A DNA stretch of 64,000 bases, from the NCBI GenBank assembly GCA_964016885.1, contig OZ024742.1, forward strand, positions 360,282,001 through 360,346,000. The letters run 5' to 3'. The notes under the pieces were generated by a model, which was given only the letters and a program-made list of their open reading frames with translations, was not told where the DNA came from and did not search any database. Positions within the stretch are counted from its first letter, which is position 1. The number at the start of each line of letters is the position of its first letter. Both the position numbers and the translations under genes were made by a program. Of this stretch, positions 41,684 to 56,300 are shown one piece after another. This DNA is from Eledone cirrhosa. Its lineage: Eukaryota.

Positions 41684-42024
41684 TCACTTTCTCCCTCTCT
41701 CTCTATCTATCTATCTATCTCTCTCTTTCTCCCTCTCTCTCTATCACACTCTGTCTCTGCCTCTCATTCTCTCTTTGTTTATTTATCTCTCCCCCTCTCT
41801 CTCTCTCACACACACACACATGCGCGCACTCACCCCACATCTCTCTCACATACACACGCTATCTCCCCCTCTCCCCCTCACACACACGCCCTCTCCTCCT
41901 CTCCCCCTCACACACACGCCCTCTCCCCCTCTCTCCCTCTCTCTCTCACACCCTCTCCCTCCCTCTCTCTCTCTGGAAGATACAGTTTGTGTATGTACAA
42001 TGATGTCTAATCTTGACACAATAC

Positions 42025-42675
42025 CAACAATAGGGAGACAAAGTTCAATATACCGACACAGTATTCCACTGGTATTTTCCTTTATCGATTCCGAGAGGAT
42101 GAAACTCAAGCTAATCCCGCCGGGATTTGAACTCAGATCGTAGAAAGTCGTAACTAAACAGCACAAACCATGTTGCCCGACGCTCTACCGGTTACTGCCA
42201 ATCTCCCGCCCAGTTATGTTTATTTATATTATTGTCAATATCGGTAGAGGGTCGGACGACATGCTTTGAAGCATAGAGTTACTTCCCTTTATGATCTGAG
42301 TTCAAATCCCGCCGAGGTTAACTTTGCCTTTCATCCTTACGGCAGTCGATAAAATAAAGTACCAGTAATACACTGGGATAATTGCTGGCCTTGTGCCAAA
42401 AAGTAGAAACAATTATATATATATGTCTCGCTGTGAATGTTTTAAGCTATTACATAATGGTTTCTGATTTAGGCACAAGGTCAACTACTTTGGAGGAGGG
42501 GAAAGTTGATTACATCCACCCAGTGCATTACTGGTACTTTATTTTATCAACCCCGTATGGACGAAAGGCAAAGTTAACCTCGGCGGGATTTGAACTCAGA
42601 TCGTAAAGGACCGTAACTATATGCTGCAAAGCTTGCTGTTCGACACTCTACTGATTCTCCTGCCAATCCACCACA
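42025..42675. mobile_element. Cluster of three Deu/Nin-like SINEs (-, +, -)
   Basis: GGGATTTGAACTCAGA at about 42122 and 42586; TCTGAGTTCAAATCCC at about 42295. Confidence 0.75.
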
Positions 42676-42689
42676 TTCAGATATGATAT

Positions 42690-43420
42690 AATCACTGTTG
42701 GCCTTCTCACGTGAGGATGTAGAGACGAAGATACCGTCTACATATCTCGTAAAGACACAGAAACAGCAGGTAGTGACTGAACCCTCGGAGTTCCAGTTGG
42801 TCTCATGGGTTGTCCCAAAGTCTGTCGGTTTGTGTGGCCGAGGAAGTCGAATAGGTGTTGCTAATGACAATAGATAGGAGCTGGTGAATTTCGGGAGAGT
42901 TCATTATACATTGCAGGGACAGGGATCAATATTTTTGTAAGTGATTGTTTCCTTCATCCAATATATCGATAATGTTTTACTTGTAGAATAAACAGCTTTG
43001 ATAGGGTATAATATTGGTGCAAGTGATCTGGAGAAACTGACCAGCTTCATGTGGAAGGAGATAAGTTTGTCTTTAAGTTATTCCACTCTAGTTTCTCGGA
43101 AGAGAAGGACATAACTTCGACTTACTCGAAGAGTAGAGAGATGTAGCACTTAGCCAAACACACCAACTCAGTCGACAGGGTTGGACTAGGTCAATAGAGG
43201 TTGTTTCGTGTATCTGGTCAGACTACATTTACACAAACCAACCACACAAACACAACACACGATTCACTCGGATCCTCGTTGTTTTCCTCTTTTATCAACA
43301 ATAGCTTCCAAGTAAGCTGTGTTCTTAATAACAATTCTTTCAGAAACGATCATCTTTTATTTGTCCAATCATCGGCATTTTAACGCAACACTATATATGG
43401 GACACATTTACCTTATACAT
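42690..43420 (-). pseudogene. Decayed PLE-type reverse transcriptase fragment
   Basis: Frameshifted motifs MKLVSF, LLSIVISNTY / FDFLGHTNRQTLGQPM, and FTRYVDGIFV. Confidence 0.6.
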
Positions 43421-43514
43421 AATTACCCAGCAAGCCAACAACAATGGCTACTACAAACACTGTCACGCTCAAATGAACAACAACAAACTCAAGCCAATTC
43501 CTTCCTCCGCTTCA

Positions 43515-45490
43515 TCTACTCCACATTCTGTCTACACTCAACATCTATTCCACATTCTGTCTACACTCAAGCTCTACTCCACATTCTGTCTACACTCAAC
43601 ATCTACTCCACATTCTGTCTACACTCAACATCGACTCCACATCCTGTCTACACTCAACATCTACTCCACATTCTATCTACACTGAACCTCTACTCCACAT
43701 CCTGTCTACACTCAAACTCTACTCCACATTCTGTCTACACTCAACCTCTACTCCACATCCTGTCTACACTCAACATCTACTCCACATCCTGTCGACACTC
43801 AAGCTCTATTCCACATTCTGTCTACACTCAAGCTCTACTCCACATTATGTCTACACTCAACCTCTATTCCACATTCTGTCTACACTCAAGCTCTACTCCA
43901 CATCCTGTCTACACTCAAGCTCTACTCCACATTCTGTCTACACTCAACCTCTACTCCACATTCTGTCTACACTCAACATCTATTCCACATTCTGTCTACA
44001 CTCAAGCTCTACTCCACATTCTGTCTACACTCAACCTCTACTCCACATTCTGTCTACACTCAACATCTATTCCACATTCTGTCTACACTCAAGCTCTACT
44101 CCACATTCTGTCTACACTCAACATCTATTCCACATTCTGTCTACACTCAAGCTCTACTCCACATTCTGTCTACACTCAACCTCTATTCCACATTCTGTCT
44201 ACACTCAACCTCTACTCCACATTCTGTCTACACTCAACCTCTACTCCCCATTTTGTCTACACTCAACCTCTACTCCACATCCTGTCTACACTCAAGCTCT
44301 ACTCCACATTCTGTCTACACTCAACATCTACTCCACATCCTGTCTACACTCAACATCGACTCCACATCCTGTCTACACTCAACCTCTACTCCACATTCTA
44401 TCTACACTCAAGCTCTACTCCACATCCTGTCTACACTCAACCTTTACTCCACATCCTGTCTACACTGAACCTCTACTCCACATCCTGTCTACACTCAACC
44501 TCTACTCCACATCCTGTCTACACTGAACCTCTACTCCACATCCTGTCTACACTCAACATCTACTCCACATTCTGTCTACACTCAACCTCTACTCCACATC
44601 CTGTCTACACTCAACCTCTACTCCACATCCTGTCTACACTCAACATCTACTCCACATTCTGTCTACACTCAACCTCTACTCCACATCCTGTCTACACTCA
44701 ACCTCTACTCCACATTCTGTCTACACTCAAGCTCTACTCCACATTATGTCTACACTCAACCTCTATTCCACATTCTGTCTACACTCAACCTCTACTCCAC
44801 ATCCTGTCTACACTCAACCTCTACTCCACATCCTGTCTACACTCAACCTCTAGTCCACATTCCGTCTACACTCAGCATCTACTCCACATTATGTCTACAC
44901 TCAACCTCTATTCCACATTCTGTCTACACTCAACCTCTACTCCACATCCTGTCTACACTCAAGCTCTACTCCACATCCTGTCTACACTGAACCTCTACTC
45001 CACATTCTATCTACACTGAACCTCTACTCCACATCCTGTCTACACTCAACCTCTACTCCACATCCTGTCTACACTCAACCTCTACTCCACATTCTGTCTA
45101 CACTCAAGCTCTACTCCACATTCTGTCTACACTCAACCTCTACTCCACATCCTGTCTACAATCAACATCTACTCCACATTCTGTCTACACTCAACCTCTA
45201 CTCCACATCCTGTCTACAATCAACATCTACTCCACATTCTGTCTACACTCAACCTCTACTCCACATTCTGTCTACACTCAACATCTACTTCACATCCTGT
45301 CTACAATCAACATTTACTCCACATTCTGTCTACACTCAACCTCTACTCCACATCCTGTCTACACTCAACCTCTACTCCACATTCTGTCTACACTCAACTT
45401 CTACTCCACATTCTGTCTACACTCAACATCTACTCCACATATCTGTCTACACTCAACATCTACTCCACATTCTGCCTACACTCAACATCA
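43515..45490. repeat. 29-bp minisatellite TCTACTCCACATTCTGTCTACACTCAAC(A/C), about 68 copies
   Basis: Unit starts at 43515 and 43544. Confidence 0.95.
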
Positions 45491-45565
45491 ACTTCGCTGC
45501 ACTTCTATTTTGCTGCCTAAAGTTTGATTTGATATTTCACGTTGATTTTATAATAGATTTTTATT

Positions 45566-46677
45566 CATAAACATATTATGTCAACTATATTTTACAGAAG
45601 TTATACAATGATGGAAATATTTTGTTATCTGTTAAACATAAACATATTATGTCAACTATATTTTACAGAAGTTATACAATGATGGAAATATTTTGTTATC
45701 TGTTAAACATAAACATATTATGTCAACTATATTTTACAGAGGTTATACAATGATGGAAATATTTTGTTATCTGTTAAACATAAACATATTATGTCAACTA
45801 TATTTTACAGAGGTTATACAATGATGGAAATATTTTGTTATCTGTTAAACATAAACATATTATGTCAACTATATTTTACAGAAGTTATACAATGATGGAA
45901 ATATTTTGTTATCTGTTAAACATAAACATATTATGTCAACTATATTTTACAGAGGTTATACAATGATGGAAATATTTTGTTATCTGTTAAACATAAACAT
46001 ATTATGTCAACTATATTTTACAGAAGTTATACAATGATGGAAATATTTTGTTATCTGTTAAACATAAACATATTATGTCAACTATATTTTACAGAAGTTA
46101 TACAATGATGGAAATATTTTGTTATCTGTTATATATCAACATATGTCAACTATATTTTACAGAAGTTATACAATGGTGGAAATATTTTGTTATCTGTTAT
46201 ATATCAACATATTATGTCAACTATATTTTACAGAAGTTATACAATGATGGAAATATTTTGTTATCTGTTAAACATAAACATATTATGTCAACTATATTTT
46301 ACAGAGGTTATACAATGATGGAAATATTTTGTTATCTGTTAAACATAAACATATTATGTCAACTATATTTTACAGAAGTTATACAATGATGGAAATATTT
46401 TGTTATCTGTTTTATATCAACATATGTCAACTATATTTTACAGAAGTTATACAATGGTGGAAATATTTTGTTATCTGTTATATATCAACATATGACAACT
46501 ATATTTTACCAACATGTTATACAATAGTGAAATATTTTGTTATCTGTTATAAACATATTATGTCAACTATATTTTACAGAAGTTATACAATAATGGAGAT
46601 ATTTTATTACCTGTTATACCTAAACACATTATGTCAACTATAGTTTACGGACAGAGTTATACAATGATGGAAATATG
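45566..46677. repeat. 71-bp AT-rich satellite, about 15 copies
   Basis: cataaacatattatgtcaac at 45566, 45637 and onward. Confidence 0.95.
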
Positions 46678-47385
46678 AAGAAGAAAGATAAAAACAAAAT
46701 TAGGTAATGAGAAAAAGGGTAAAGAAAGGCAGATCTGGCAGTATGGGAAAGTAAAGGAAAGAACTCTAAATGCTATAAATGCGAAGAAATGGGGGTGGGG
46801 TTGTCAAGGACTATTAGGTCACGGAAGAAAGGTGGGGAGAGGGTGATAGGCTTTGAACCTAGGGCGTGGTGGTGTCTGACTGCGCTCTGCGAACAAAACT
46901 GCAAATGCATTTTTATACAATCTGAACATCATTTCGAAGTTCAGTATTGCTGAGTCCAATTGTTATTTCCTTTCTCCAACAGTAAACAGAAAATCAATCC
47001 ATTAACAAACTATATAGTTCTTTAGTAATATGACCGTAGTAAGTTTTTCTATCAACAGAATAGAAGTTATAACTACATTGACAGTACAAGCTCTGCACAC
47101 TTTAAGGTAGGTAATGTTTGTCGAAAATTACATAGAAACATCATGATCTTCTCACCAAACAGTAAAGTATTTACAATATATTAGGAAATGTATGACTCGC
47201 AACTTTCCAGCGCGTCTCCCTTGCCGTCCTCCGGGGAAACGCCTTCTCTATTCTGTCCGCCGGGGCTGTAACGACACAAGCCAATTATATTGTCAATTCT
47301 GTTGAATAGTCTTAAATACAACGCTTGGTTGGGTTATAAGAATTGTGGTGGTGTGGCTGGCTGCCTGGTCGTATGGATGATTAGA

Positions 47386-50300
47386 TAGCTGGTTGGTTGA
47401 TTGGTTGGCTGGTTGGTTGATTGGTTGGCTGGCTGGTTGGTTGATTGGTTGGCTGGTTGGATGATTGGTTGGCTGGTTGGTTGATTGGTTGGCTGGTTGG
47501 TTGGTTGGTTGATTGGTTGGCTGGTTGGTTGATTGTTTGGCTGGCTGGTTGGTTGGTTGATTGGTTTGCTGGTTGGTTGATTGGTTGGCTGGTTGGTTGA
47601 TTGGTTGGCTGGCTGGTTGGTTGGTTGATTGGTTGGCTGGTTGGTTTATTGGTTGGCTGGTTGGTTGATTGGTTGGCTGGTTGGTTGATTGGTTGGCTGG
47701 TTGATTGGTTGGCTGGTTGGTTGATTGGCTGGTTGGCTGGTTGTTTGAATGGTTGGCTGGTTGGTTGGTTGATTGGTTTGCTGGTTGGTTGATTGGTTGG
47801 TTGTTTGATTGGTTGGCTGGTTGGTTGATTGGTTGGCTGGTTGGTTAATTGGTTGGCTGGTTGGTTGATTGGTTGGCTGGTTGGTTGGTTGGTTGATTGG
47901 TTGGCTAGTTGGTTGATTGTTTGGCTGGTTGGTTGATTGTTTGGCTGGTTGGTTGATTGGTTGGCTGGTTGGTTGGTTGATTGGTTTGCTGGTTGGTTGA
48001 TTGGTTGGCTGGTTGGTTGATTGGTTGGCTGGTTGGTTGATTGGTTGGCTGGTTGATTCGTTGGCTGGTTGATTGGTTGGCTGGTTGGTTGAATGGTTGG
48101 CTTGTTGATTGGTTGGTTGATTGGTTGGTTGTTTGATTGGTTGGCTGGTTGGTTGATTGGTTGGCTGGTTGGTTGATTGGTTGGCTGGTTGGTTGATTGG
48201 TTGGCTGGCTGGTGGTTGATTGGTTGGCTGGTTGGTTGATTGTTTGGCTGATTGGTTGATTCGTTGGCTGGTTGGTTGGTTGATTGGTTGGCTGGTTGGT
48301 TGATTGGTTGGCTGGTTGGTTGATTGGTTGGCTGGTTGGTTGATTGGTTGGCTGGCTGGTTGGTTGATTGGTTGGCTGGTTGGTTGAATGGTTGGTTGAT
48401 TGGTTTGCTGGTTGGTTGATTGGTTGGCTGGTTGTTGATTGTTTGGCTGGTTTGTTGATTGGTTGGCTGGTTGGTTGATTGGTTGGCTAGTTGTTGAATG
48501 GTTGGCTGGTTGGTTGGTTGGTCGGTTGATTGGTTGGCTGGTTGGTTGATTGGTTGGCTGGTTGTATGATTGGTTGGCTGGTTTGTTGATTGATTGGCTG
48601 GTTGGTTAATTGGTTGGCTGGTTGGTTGATTGGTTGACTGGTTGGGTGATTGGTTGGCTGGTTGATTGGTTGGCTGGTTGGTTGATTCGCTGGTTGATTG
48701 GTTGGCTGGTTGGTTGAATGGTTGGCTTGTTGATTGGTTGGTTGATTGGTTTTCTGGTTGGTTGATTGGTTGGTTGTTTGATTGGTTGGCTGGTTGGTTG
48801 ATTGGTTGGCTGGTTGGTTGATTGGTTGGCTGGTTGGTTGATTGGTTGGCTGGTTGGTTGATTGGTTGGCTGGTTGGTTGATTGTTTGGCTGATTGGTTG
48901 ATTCGTTGGCTGGTTGGTTGATTGGTTGGCTGGTTGGTTGGTTGGTTGATTGGTTGGCTGGTTGGTTGATTGGTTAGCTGGTTGGTTGATTGGTTGGCTG
49001 GCTGGTTGGTTGATTGGTTGGCTGGTTGGTTGAATGGTTGGCTCGTTGGTTGATTGGTTTACTGGTTGGTTGATTGGTTGGTTGTTTGATTGGTTGACTG
49101 GTTGGTTCATTGGCTGGTTGGTTGATTGGTTGGCTGGTTGGTTGGCTGGTTGGTTGGTTGATTGGTTGGCTGGTTGTTGATTGTTTGGCTGGTTGGTTGA
49201 TTGGTTGGCTGGTTGGTTGATTGGTTGGCTAGTTGTTGAATGGTTGGCTGGTTGGTTGGTTGGTCGGTTGATTGGTTGGCTGGTTGGTTGATTGGTTGGC
49301 TGGTTGTTTGATTGGTTGGCTGGTTTGTTGATTGATTGGCTGGTTGGTTAATTGGTTGGCTGGTTGGTTGATTGGTTGACTGGTTGGTTGATTGGTTGGC
49401 TGGTTGTTGAATGGTTGGTTGGTTGGTTGGTCGGTTGATTGGTTGGCTGGTTGGTTGATTGTTTGGCTGGTTGTTTGATTGGTTGGCTGGTTGGTTGGTT
49501 GATTGGTTGGCTGGTTGGTTGGTTGATTGGTTGGATGGTTGGTTGATTGGTTGGCTGGTTGGTTGATTGGCTGGTTGATTGGTTGGCTGGTTGTTTGAAT
49601 GGTTGGCTGGTTGGTTGGTTGATTGGTTTGCTGGTTGGTTGATTGGTTGGTTGTTTGATTGGTTGTATGATTGGTTGGCTGGTTGGTTGATTGGTTGGCT
49701 CGTTGGTTGATTGGTTGGCTGGTTGGTTGATTGGTTGGCTGGTTGGTTGGTTGATTGGTTGGCTGGTTGGTTGATTGTTTGGCTGGTTGGTTGATTGTTT
49801 GGCAGGTTGGTTGATTGGTTGGCTGGTTGGTTGATTGGTTGGCTGGTTGATTGGTTGGCTGGTTGGTTGATTGGCTGGTTGATTGGTTGGCTGGTTGGTT
49901 GATTTTTTTTGCTGGTTGTTTGATTGGTTGGCTGGTTTGTTGATTGATTGGCTGGTTGGTTAATTGGTTGGCTGGTTGGTTGATTGGTTGACTGGTTGGG
50001 TGATTGGTTGGCTGGTTGATTGGTTGGCTGGTTGGTTGATTCGCTGGTTGATTGGTTGGCTGGTTGGTTGAATGGTTGGCTTGTTGATTGGTTCGTTGAT
50101 TGGTTTTCTGGTTGGTTGAATGGTTGGTTGTTTGATTGGTTGGCTGGTTGGTTGATTGGTTGGCTGGTTGGTTGATTGGTTGGCTGGTTGGTTGATTGGT
50201 TGGCTGGTTGGTTGGTTGATTGGTTGGCTGGTTGGTTGATTGTTTGGCTGATTGGTTGATTCGTTGGCTGGTTGGTTGATTGGTTGGCTGGTTGGTTGGT

Positions 50301-53300
50301 TGGTTGATTGGTTGGCTGGTTGGTTGATTGGTTAGCTGGTTGGTTGATTGGTTGGCTGGCTGGTTGGTTGATTGGTTGGCTGGTTGGTTGAATGGTTGGC
50401 TCGTTGGTTGATTGGTTTGCTGGTTGGTTGATTGGTTGGTTGTTTGATTGGTTGACTGGTTGGTTCATTGGCTGGTTGGTTGATTGGTTGGCTGGTTGGT
50501 TGGCTGGTTGGTTGGTTGATTGGTTGGCTGGTTGTTGATTGTTTGGCTGGTTGGTTGATTGGTTGGCTGGTTGGTTGATTGGTTGGCTAGTTGTTGAATG
50601 GTTGGCTGGTTGGTTGGTTGGTCGGTTGATTGGTTGGCTGGTTGGTTGATTGGTTGGCTGGTTGTTTGATTGGTTGGCTGGTTTGTTGATTGATTGGCTG
50701 GTTGGTTAATTGGTTGGCTGGTTGGTTGATTGGTTGACTGGTTGGTTGATTGGTTGGCTGGTTGTTGAATGGTTGGTTGGTTGGTTGGTCGGTTGATTGG
50801 TTGGCTGGTTGGTTGATTGTTTGGCTGGTTGTTTGATTGGTTGGCTGGTTGGTTGGTTGATTGGTTGGCTGGTTGGTTGGTTGATTGGTTGGATGGTTGG
50901 TTGATTGGTTGGCTGGTTGGTTGATTGGCTGGTTGATTGGTTGGCTGGTTGTTTGAATGGTTGGCTGGTTGGTTGGTTGGTTGATTGGTTTGCTGGTTGG
51001 TTGATTGGTTGGTTGTTTGATTGGTTGTATGATTGGTTGGCTGGTTGGTTGATTGGTTGGCTCGTTGGTTGATTGGTTGGCTGGTTGGTTGATTGGTTGG
51101 CTGGTTGGTTGGTTGATTGGTTGGCTGGTTGGTTGATTGTTTGGCTGGTTGGTTGATTGTTTGGCAGGTTGGTTGATTGGTTGGCTGGTTGGTTGATTGG
51201 TTGGCTGGTTGATTGGTTGGCTGGTTGGTTGATTGGCTGGTTGATTGGTTGGCTGGTTGGTTGAATGTTTGGTTGGTTGGTCGGTTGATTGGTTTGCTGG
51301 TTGGTTGATTGGTTGGTTGTTTGATTGGTTGGCTGGTTGGTGGATTGGTTGGCTGGTTGTTGAATGGTTGGCTGGTTGGTTGGTCGGTTGATTGGTTGGC
51401 TGGTTGGTTGAATGGTTGGTTGGTCGGTTGATTGGTTTGCTGGTTGGTTGATTGGTTGGTTGTTTGATTGGTTGGCTGGTTGGTTGATTGGTTGGCTGGT
51501 TGTTGAATGGTTGGCTGGTTGGTTGGTTGGTCGGTTGATTGGTTGGCTGGTTGGTTGATTGATTGGCTGGTTGGTTAATTGATTGGCTGGTTGGTTGATT
51601 CGTTGGCTGGTTGTTGAATGGTTGGCTGGTTGGTTGGTCGGTTGATTGGTTGGCTGGTTGGTTGATTGTTTGGCTGGTTGTTTGATTGGTTGGCTGGTTG
51701 GTTGGTTGATTGGTTGGCTGGTTGGTTGGTTGATTGGTTGGATGGTTGGTTGATTGGTTGGCTGGTTGGTTGATTGGCTGGTTGATTGGTTGGCTGGTTG
51801 TTTGAATGGTTGGCTGGTTGGTTGGTTGGTTGATTGGTTTGCTGGTTGGTTGATTGGTTGGTTGTTTGATTGGTTGTATGATTGGTTGGCTGGTTGGTTG
51901 ATTGGTTGGCTCGTTGGTTGATTGGTTGGCTGGTTGGTTGATTGGTTGGCTGGTTGGTTGGTTGATTGGTTGGCTGGTTGGTTGATTGTTTGGCTGGTTG
52001 GTTGATTGTTTGGCAGGTTGGTTGATTGGTTGGCTGGTTGGTTGATTGGTTGGCTGGTTGATTGGTTGGCTGGTTGGTTGATTGGCTGGTTGATTGGTTG
52101 GCTGGTTGGTTGAATGTTTGGTTGGTTGGTCGGTTGATTGGTTTGCTGGTTGGTTGATTGGTTGGTTGTTTGATTGGTTGGCTGGTTGGTGGATTGGTTG
52201 GCTGGTTGTTGAATGGTTGGCTGGTTGGTTGGTCGGTTGATTGGTTGGCTGGTTGGTTGAATGGTTGGTTGGTCGGTTGATTGGTTTGCTGGTTGGTTGA
52301 TTGGTTGGTTGTTTGATTGGTTGGCTGGTTGGTTGATTGGTTGGCTGGTTGTTGAATGGTTGGCTGGTTGGTTGGTTGGTCGGTTGATTGGTTGGCTGGT
52401 TGGTTGATTGATTGGCTGGTTGGTTAATTGATTGGCTGGTTGGTTGATTCGTTGGCTGGTTGTTGAATGGTTGGCTGGTTGGTTGGTCGGTTGATTGGTT
52501 GGCTGGTTGGTTGATTGTTTGACTGGTTGGTTGATTGGTTGTCTGGTTGATTGGTTGATTGGTTGGCTGGATGGTTGGTTGATTGGTCGGCTGGTTGGTT
52601 GATTGGTTGGCTGGTTGGTTGATTGGTTGGTTGATTGGTTGGCTGGTTGTTTGAATGGTTGGCTGGTTGGTTGGTTGATTGGTTTGCTGGTTGGTTGCTT
52701 GGTTGGCTCGTTGGTTGATTGGTTGGCTGGTTGGTTGATTGGTTGGCTGGTTGGTTGGTTGATTGGTTGGCTGGTTGGTTGATTGTTTGGCTGGTTGGTT
52801 GATTGTTTGGCTGGTTGGTTGATTGGTTGATTGGTTGGCTGGTTGGTTGATTGGTTGGCTGGTTGATTGGTTGGCTGGTTGGTTGATTGGCTGGTTGATT
52901 GGTTGGCTGGTTGGTTGAATGGTTGGTTGGTTGGTCGGTTGATTGGTTTGCTGGTTGGTTGATTGGTTGGTTGTTTGATTGGTTGGTTGGTTGGTGGATT
53001 GGTTGTTGAATGGTTGGCTGGTTGGTTGGTCGGTTGATTGGTTGGCTGGTTGGTTGATTTTTTTTGCTGGTTGTTTGATTGGTTGGCTGGTTTGTTGATT
53101 GATTGGCTGGTTGGTTAATTGGTTGGCTGGTTGGTTGATTGGTTGACTGGTTGGTAGATTGGTTGGCTGGTTGTTGAATGGTTGGCTGGTTGGTTGGTCG
53201 GTTGATTGGTTGGCTGGTTGGTTGATTGTTTGGCTGGTTGGTTGATTGGTTGGCTGGTTGTTGAATGGTTGGCTGGTTGATTGGTTGGTCGGTTGATTGG

Positions 53301-56300
53301 TTGGCTGGTTGGTTGATTGGTTGGCTGGTTGGTTGATTGGTTGGCTGTTTGGCTGGTTGGTTGGTTGGCTGGTTGGTTGATTGGTTGGCTGGTTGGTTGG
53401 TTGATTGGTTGGCTGGTTGGTTGATTGGTTGGCTGGTTGGTTGATTGGTTGGCTGGTTGGTTGGATGGTAGGTTGGTTGGATGGTTGGTTGGTTGATTGG
53501 TTGGTTGGTTGGTTGCCTAGTTGGTTGGATGGTTGGTTGATTGGTTGGCTTGTTGTTGAATGGTTGGCTGGTTGGTTGGTCGGTTGATTGGTTGGCTGGT
53601 TGGTTGAATGGTTGGTTGGTTGGTCGGTTGATTGGTTTGCTGGTTGGTTGATTGGTTGGTTGTTTGATTGGTTGGCTGGTTGGTTGATTGGTTGGCTGGT
53701 TGTTGAATGGTTGGCTGGTTGGTTGGTTGGCTGGTTGGTTGAATTTTTGCTGGTTGTTTGATTGGTTGGCTGGTTTGTTGATTGATTGGCTGGTTGGTTA
53801 ATTGGTTGGCTGGTTGGTTGATTGGTTGACTGGTTGGTTGATTGGTTGGCTGGTTCTTGAATGGTTGGCTGGTTGGTTGGTCGGTTGATTGGTTGGCTTG
53901 TTGGTTGATTGTTTGGCTGGTTGGTTGATTGGTTGGCTGTTTGGTTGGTTGGCTGATTGGTTGGCTGGTTGGTTGGATGGTAGGTTGGTTGGATGGTTGG
54001 TTGGTTGGCTGGTTGGTTGATTGGTTGGCTGATTGGTTGGCTGGTTGGTTGGATGGTAGGTTGGTTGGATGGTCGGTTGGTTGATTGGTTGGTTGGTTGG
54101 TTGGCTAGTTGGTTGGATGGTTGGTTTATTGGTTGGCTTGTTGTTGAATGGTTGGCTGGTTGGTTGGTCGGCTGATTGGTCGGCTGGTTGGTTGATTGGT
54201 TGGCTGGTTGTTTGATTGGTTGCCTGGTTTGTTGATTGATTGGCTGGTTGGTTAATTGGTTGGCTGGTTGGTTGATTGGTTGACTGGTTGGTTGATTGGT
54301 TGGCTGAGTGGTTGGTTGATTGGTTGGCTGGTTTGTTGATTGGTTGGCTGGTTGGATAATTGGTTGGCTGGTTGGCTGGTTGGTTGGTCGGTTGGTTGAT
54401 TGGTTGGCTGGTTGGTTGAATGGTTGGTTGGTTGGTCGGTTGATTGGTTTGCTGGTTGGTTGATTGGTTGGTTGTTTGATTGGTTTGCTGGTTGGTTGAT
54501 TGGTTGGCTGGTTGTTGAATGGTTGGCTGGTTGGTTGGTTGGTCGGTTGATTGGTTGGCTGGTTGGTTGATTGATTGGCTGGTTGGTTAATTGATTGGCT
54601 GGTTGGTTGATTCGTTGGCTGGTTGTTGAATGGTTGGCTGGTTGGTTGGTTGGTCGGTTGATTGGTTGGCTGGTTGGTTGATTGTTTGGCTGGTTGGTTG
54701 ATTGGTTGGCTGGTTGATTGGTTGATTGGTTGGCTGGTTGGTTGGTTGGCTGGTTGGTTGATTGGTTGGCTGGTTGTTTGATTGGTTGGCTGGTTTGTTG
54801 ATTGATTGGCTGGTTGGTTAATTGGTTGGCTGGTTGGTTGATTGGTTGACTGGTTGGTTGATTGGTTGGCTGGTTGTTGAATGGTTGGTTGGTTGGTTGG
54901 TCGGTTGATTGGTTGGCTGGTTGGTTGATTGTTTAGCTGGTTGGTTGATTGGTTGGCTGGTTGGTTGGTTGATTGGTTGGCTGGTTGGTTGGTTGATTGG
55001 TTGGATGGTTGGTTGATTGGTTGGCTGGTTGGTTGATTGGCTGGTTGATTGGTTGGCTGGTTGTTTGAATGGTTGGCTGGTTGGTTGGTTGGTTGATTGG
55101 TTTGCTGGTTGGTTGATTGGTTGGTTGTTTGATTGGTTGTATGATTGGTTGGCTGGTTGGTTGATTGGTTGGCTCGTTGGTTGATTGGTTGGCTGGTTGG
55201 TTGATTGGTTGGCTGGTTGGTTGGTTGATTGGTTGGCTGGTTGGTTGATTGTTTGGCTGGTTGGTTGATTGTTTGGCAGGTTGGTTGATTGGTTGGCTGG
55301 TTGGTTGATTGGTTGGCTGGTTGATTGGTTGGCTGGCTGGTTGATTGGCTGGTTGATTGGTTGGCTGGTTGGTTGAATGTTTGGTTGGTTGGTTGTTTGA
55401 TTGGTTGGCTGGTTGGTTGATTGGTTGGCTGGTTGTTGAATGGTTGGCTGGTTGGTTGGTCGGTTGATTGGTTGGCTGGTTGGTTGGTCGGTTGATTGGT
55501 TTGCTGGTTGGTTGATTGGTTGGTTGGTTGATTGGTTGGCTGGTTGGTTGATTGGTTGGCTGGTTGTTGAATGGTTGGTTGGTTGGTCGGTTGATTGGTT
55601 GGCTGGTTGGTTGATTGATTGGCTGGTTGGTTAATTGATTGGCTGGTTGGTTGATTCGTTGGCTGGTTGTTGAATGGTTGGCTGGTTGGTTGGTTGGTCG
55701 GTTGATTGGTTGGCTGGTTGGTTGATTGTTTGACTGGTTGGTTGATTGGTTGTCTGATTGATTGGTTGATTGGTTGGCTGGATGGTTGGTTGATTGGTTG
55801 GCTGGTTGGTTGATTGGTTGGCTGGTTGGTTGATTGGTTGGCTGGTTGGTTGATTGGCTGGTTGATTGGTTGGCTGGTTGTTTGAATGGTTGGCTGGTTG
55901 GTTGGTTGGTTGATTGGTTTGCTGGTTGGTTGCTTGGTTGGCTCGTTGGTTGATTGGTTGGCTGGTTGGTTGATTGGTTGGCTGGTTGGTTGGTTGATTG
56001 GTTGGCTGGTTGGTTGATTGTTTGGCTGGTTGGTTGATTGTTTGGCTGGTTGGTTGATTGGTTGATTGGTTGGCTGGTTGGTTGATTGGTTGGCTGGTTG
56101 ATTGGTTGGCTGGTTGGTTGGTCGGTTGATTGGTTGGCTTGTTGGTTGATTGTTTGGCTGGTTGGTTGATTGGTTGGCTGGTTGTTGAATGGTTGGCTGG
56201 TTGATTGGTTGGTCGGTTGATTGGTTGGCTGGTTGGTTGATTGGTTGGCTGGTTGGTTGATTGGTTGGTTGGTTGGCTGATTGGTTGGCTGGTTGGTTGG

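Noticed and set aside
43319-46677. 29-bp and 71-bp arrays as CRISPR arrays, or the 566-aa ORF as a gene
   Set aside because: Head-to-tail repeats with no unique spacers, no cas genes and a eukaryotic context; the ORF is just the 29-bp unit read through three phases
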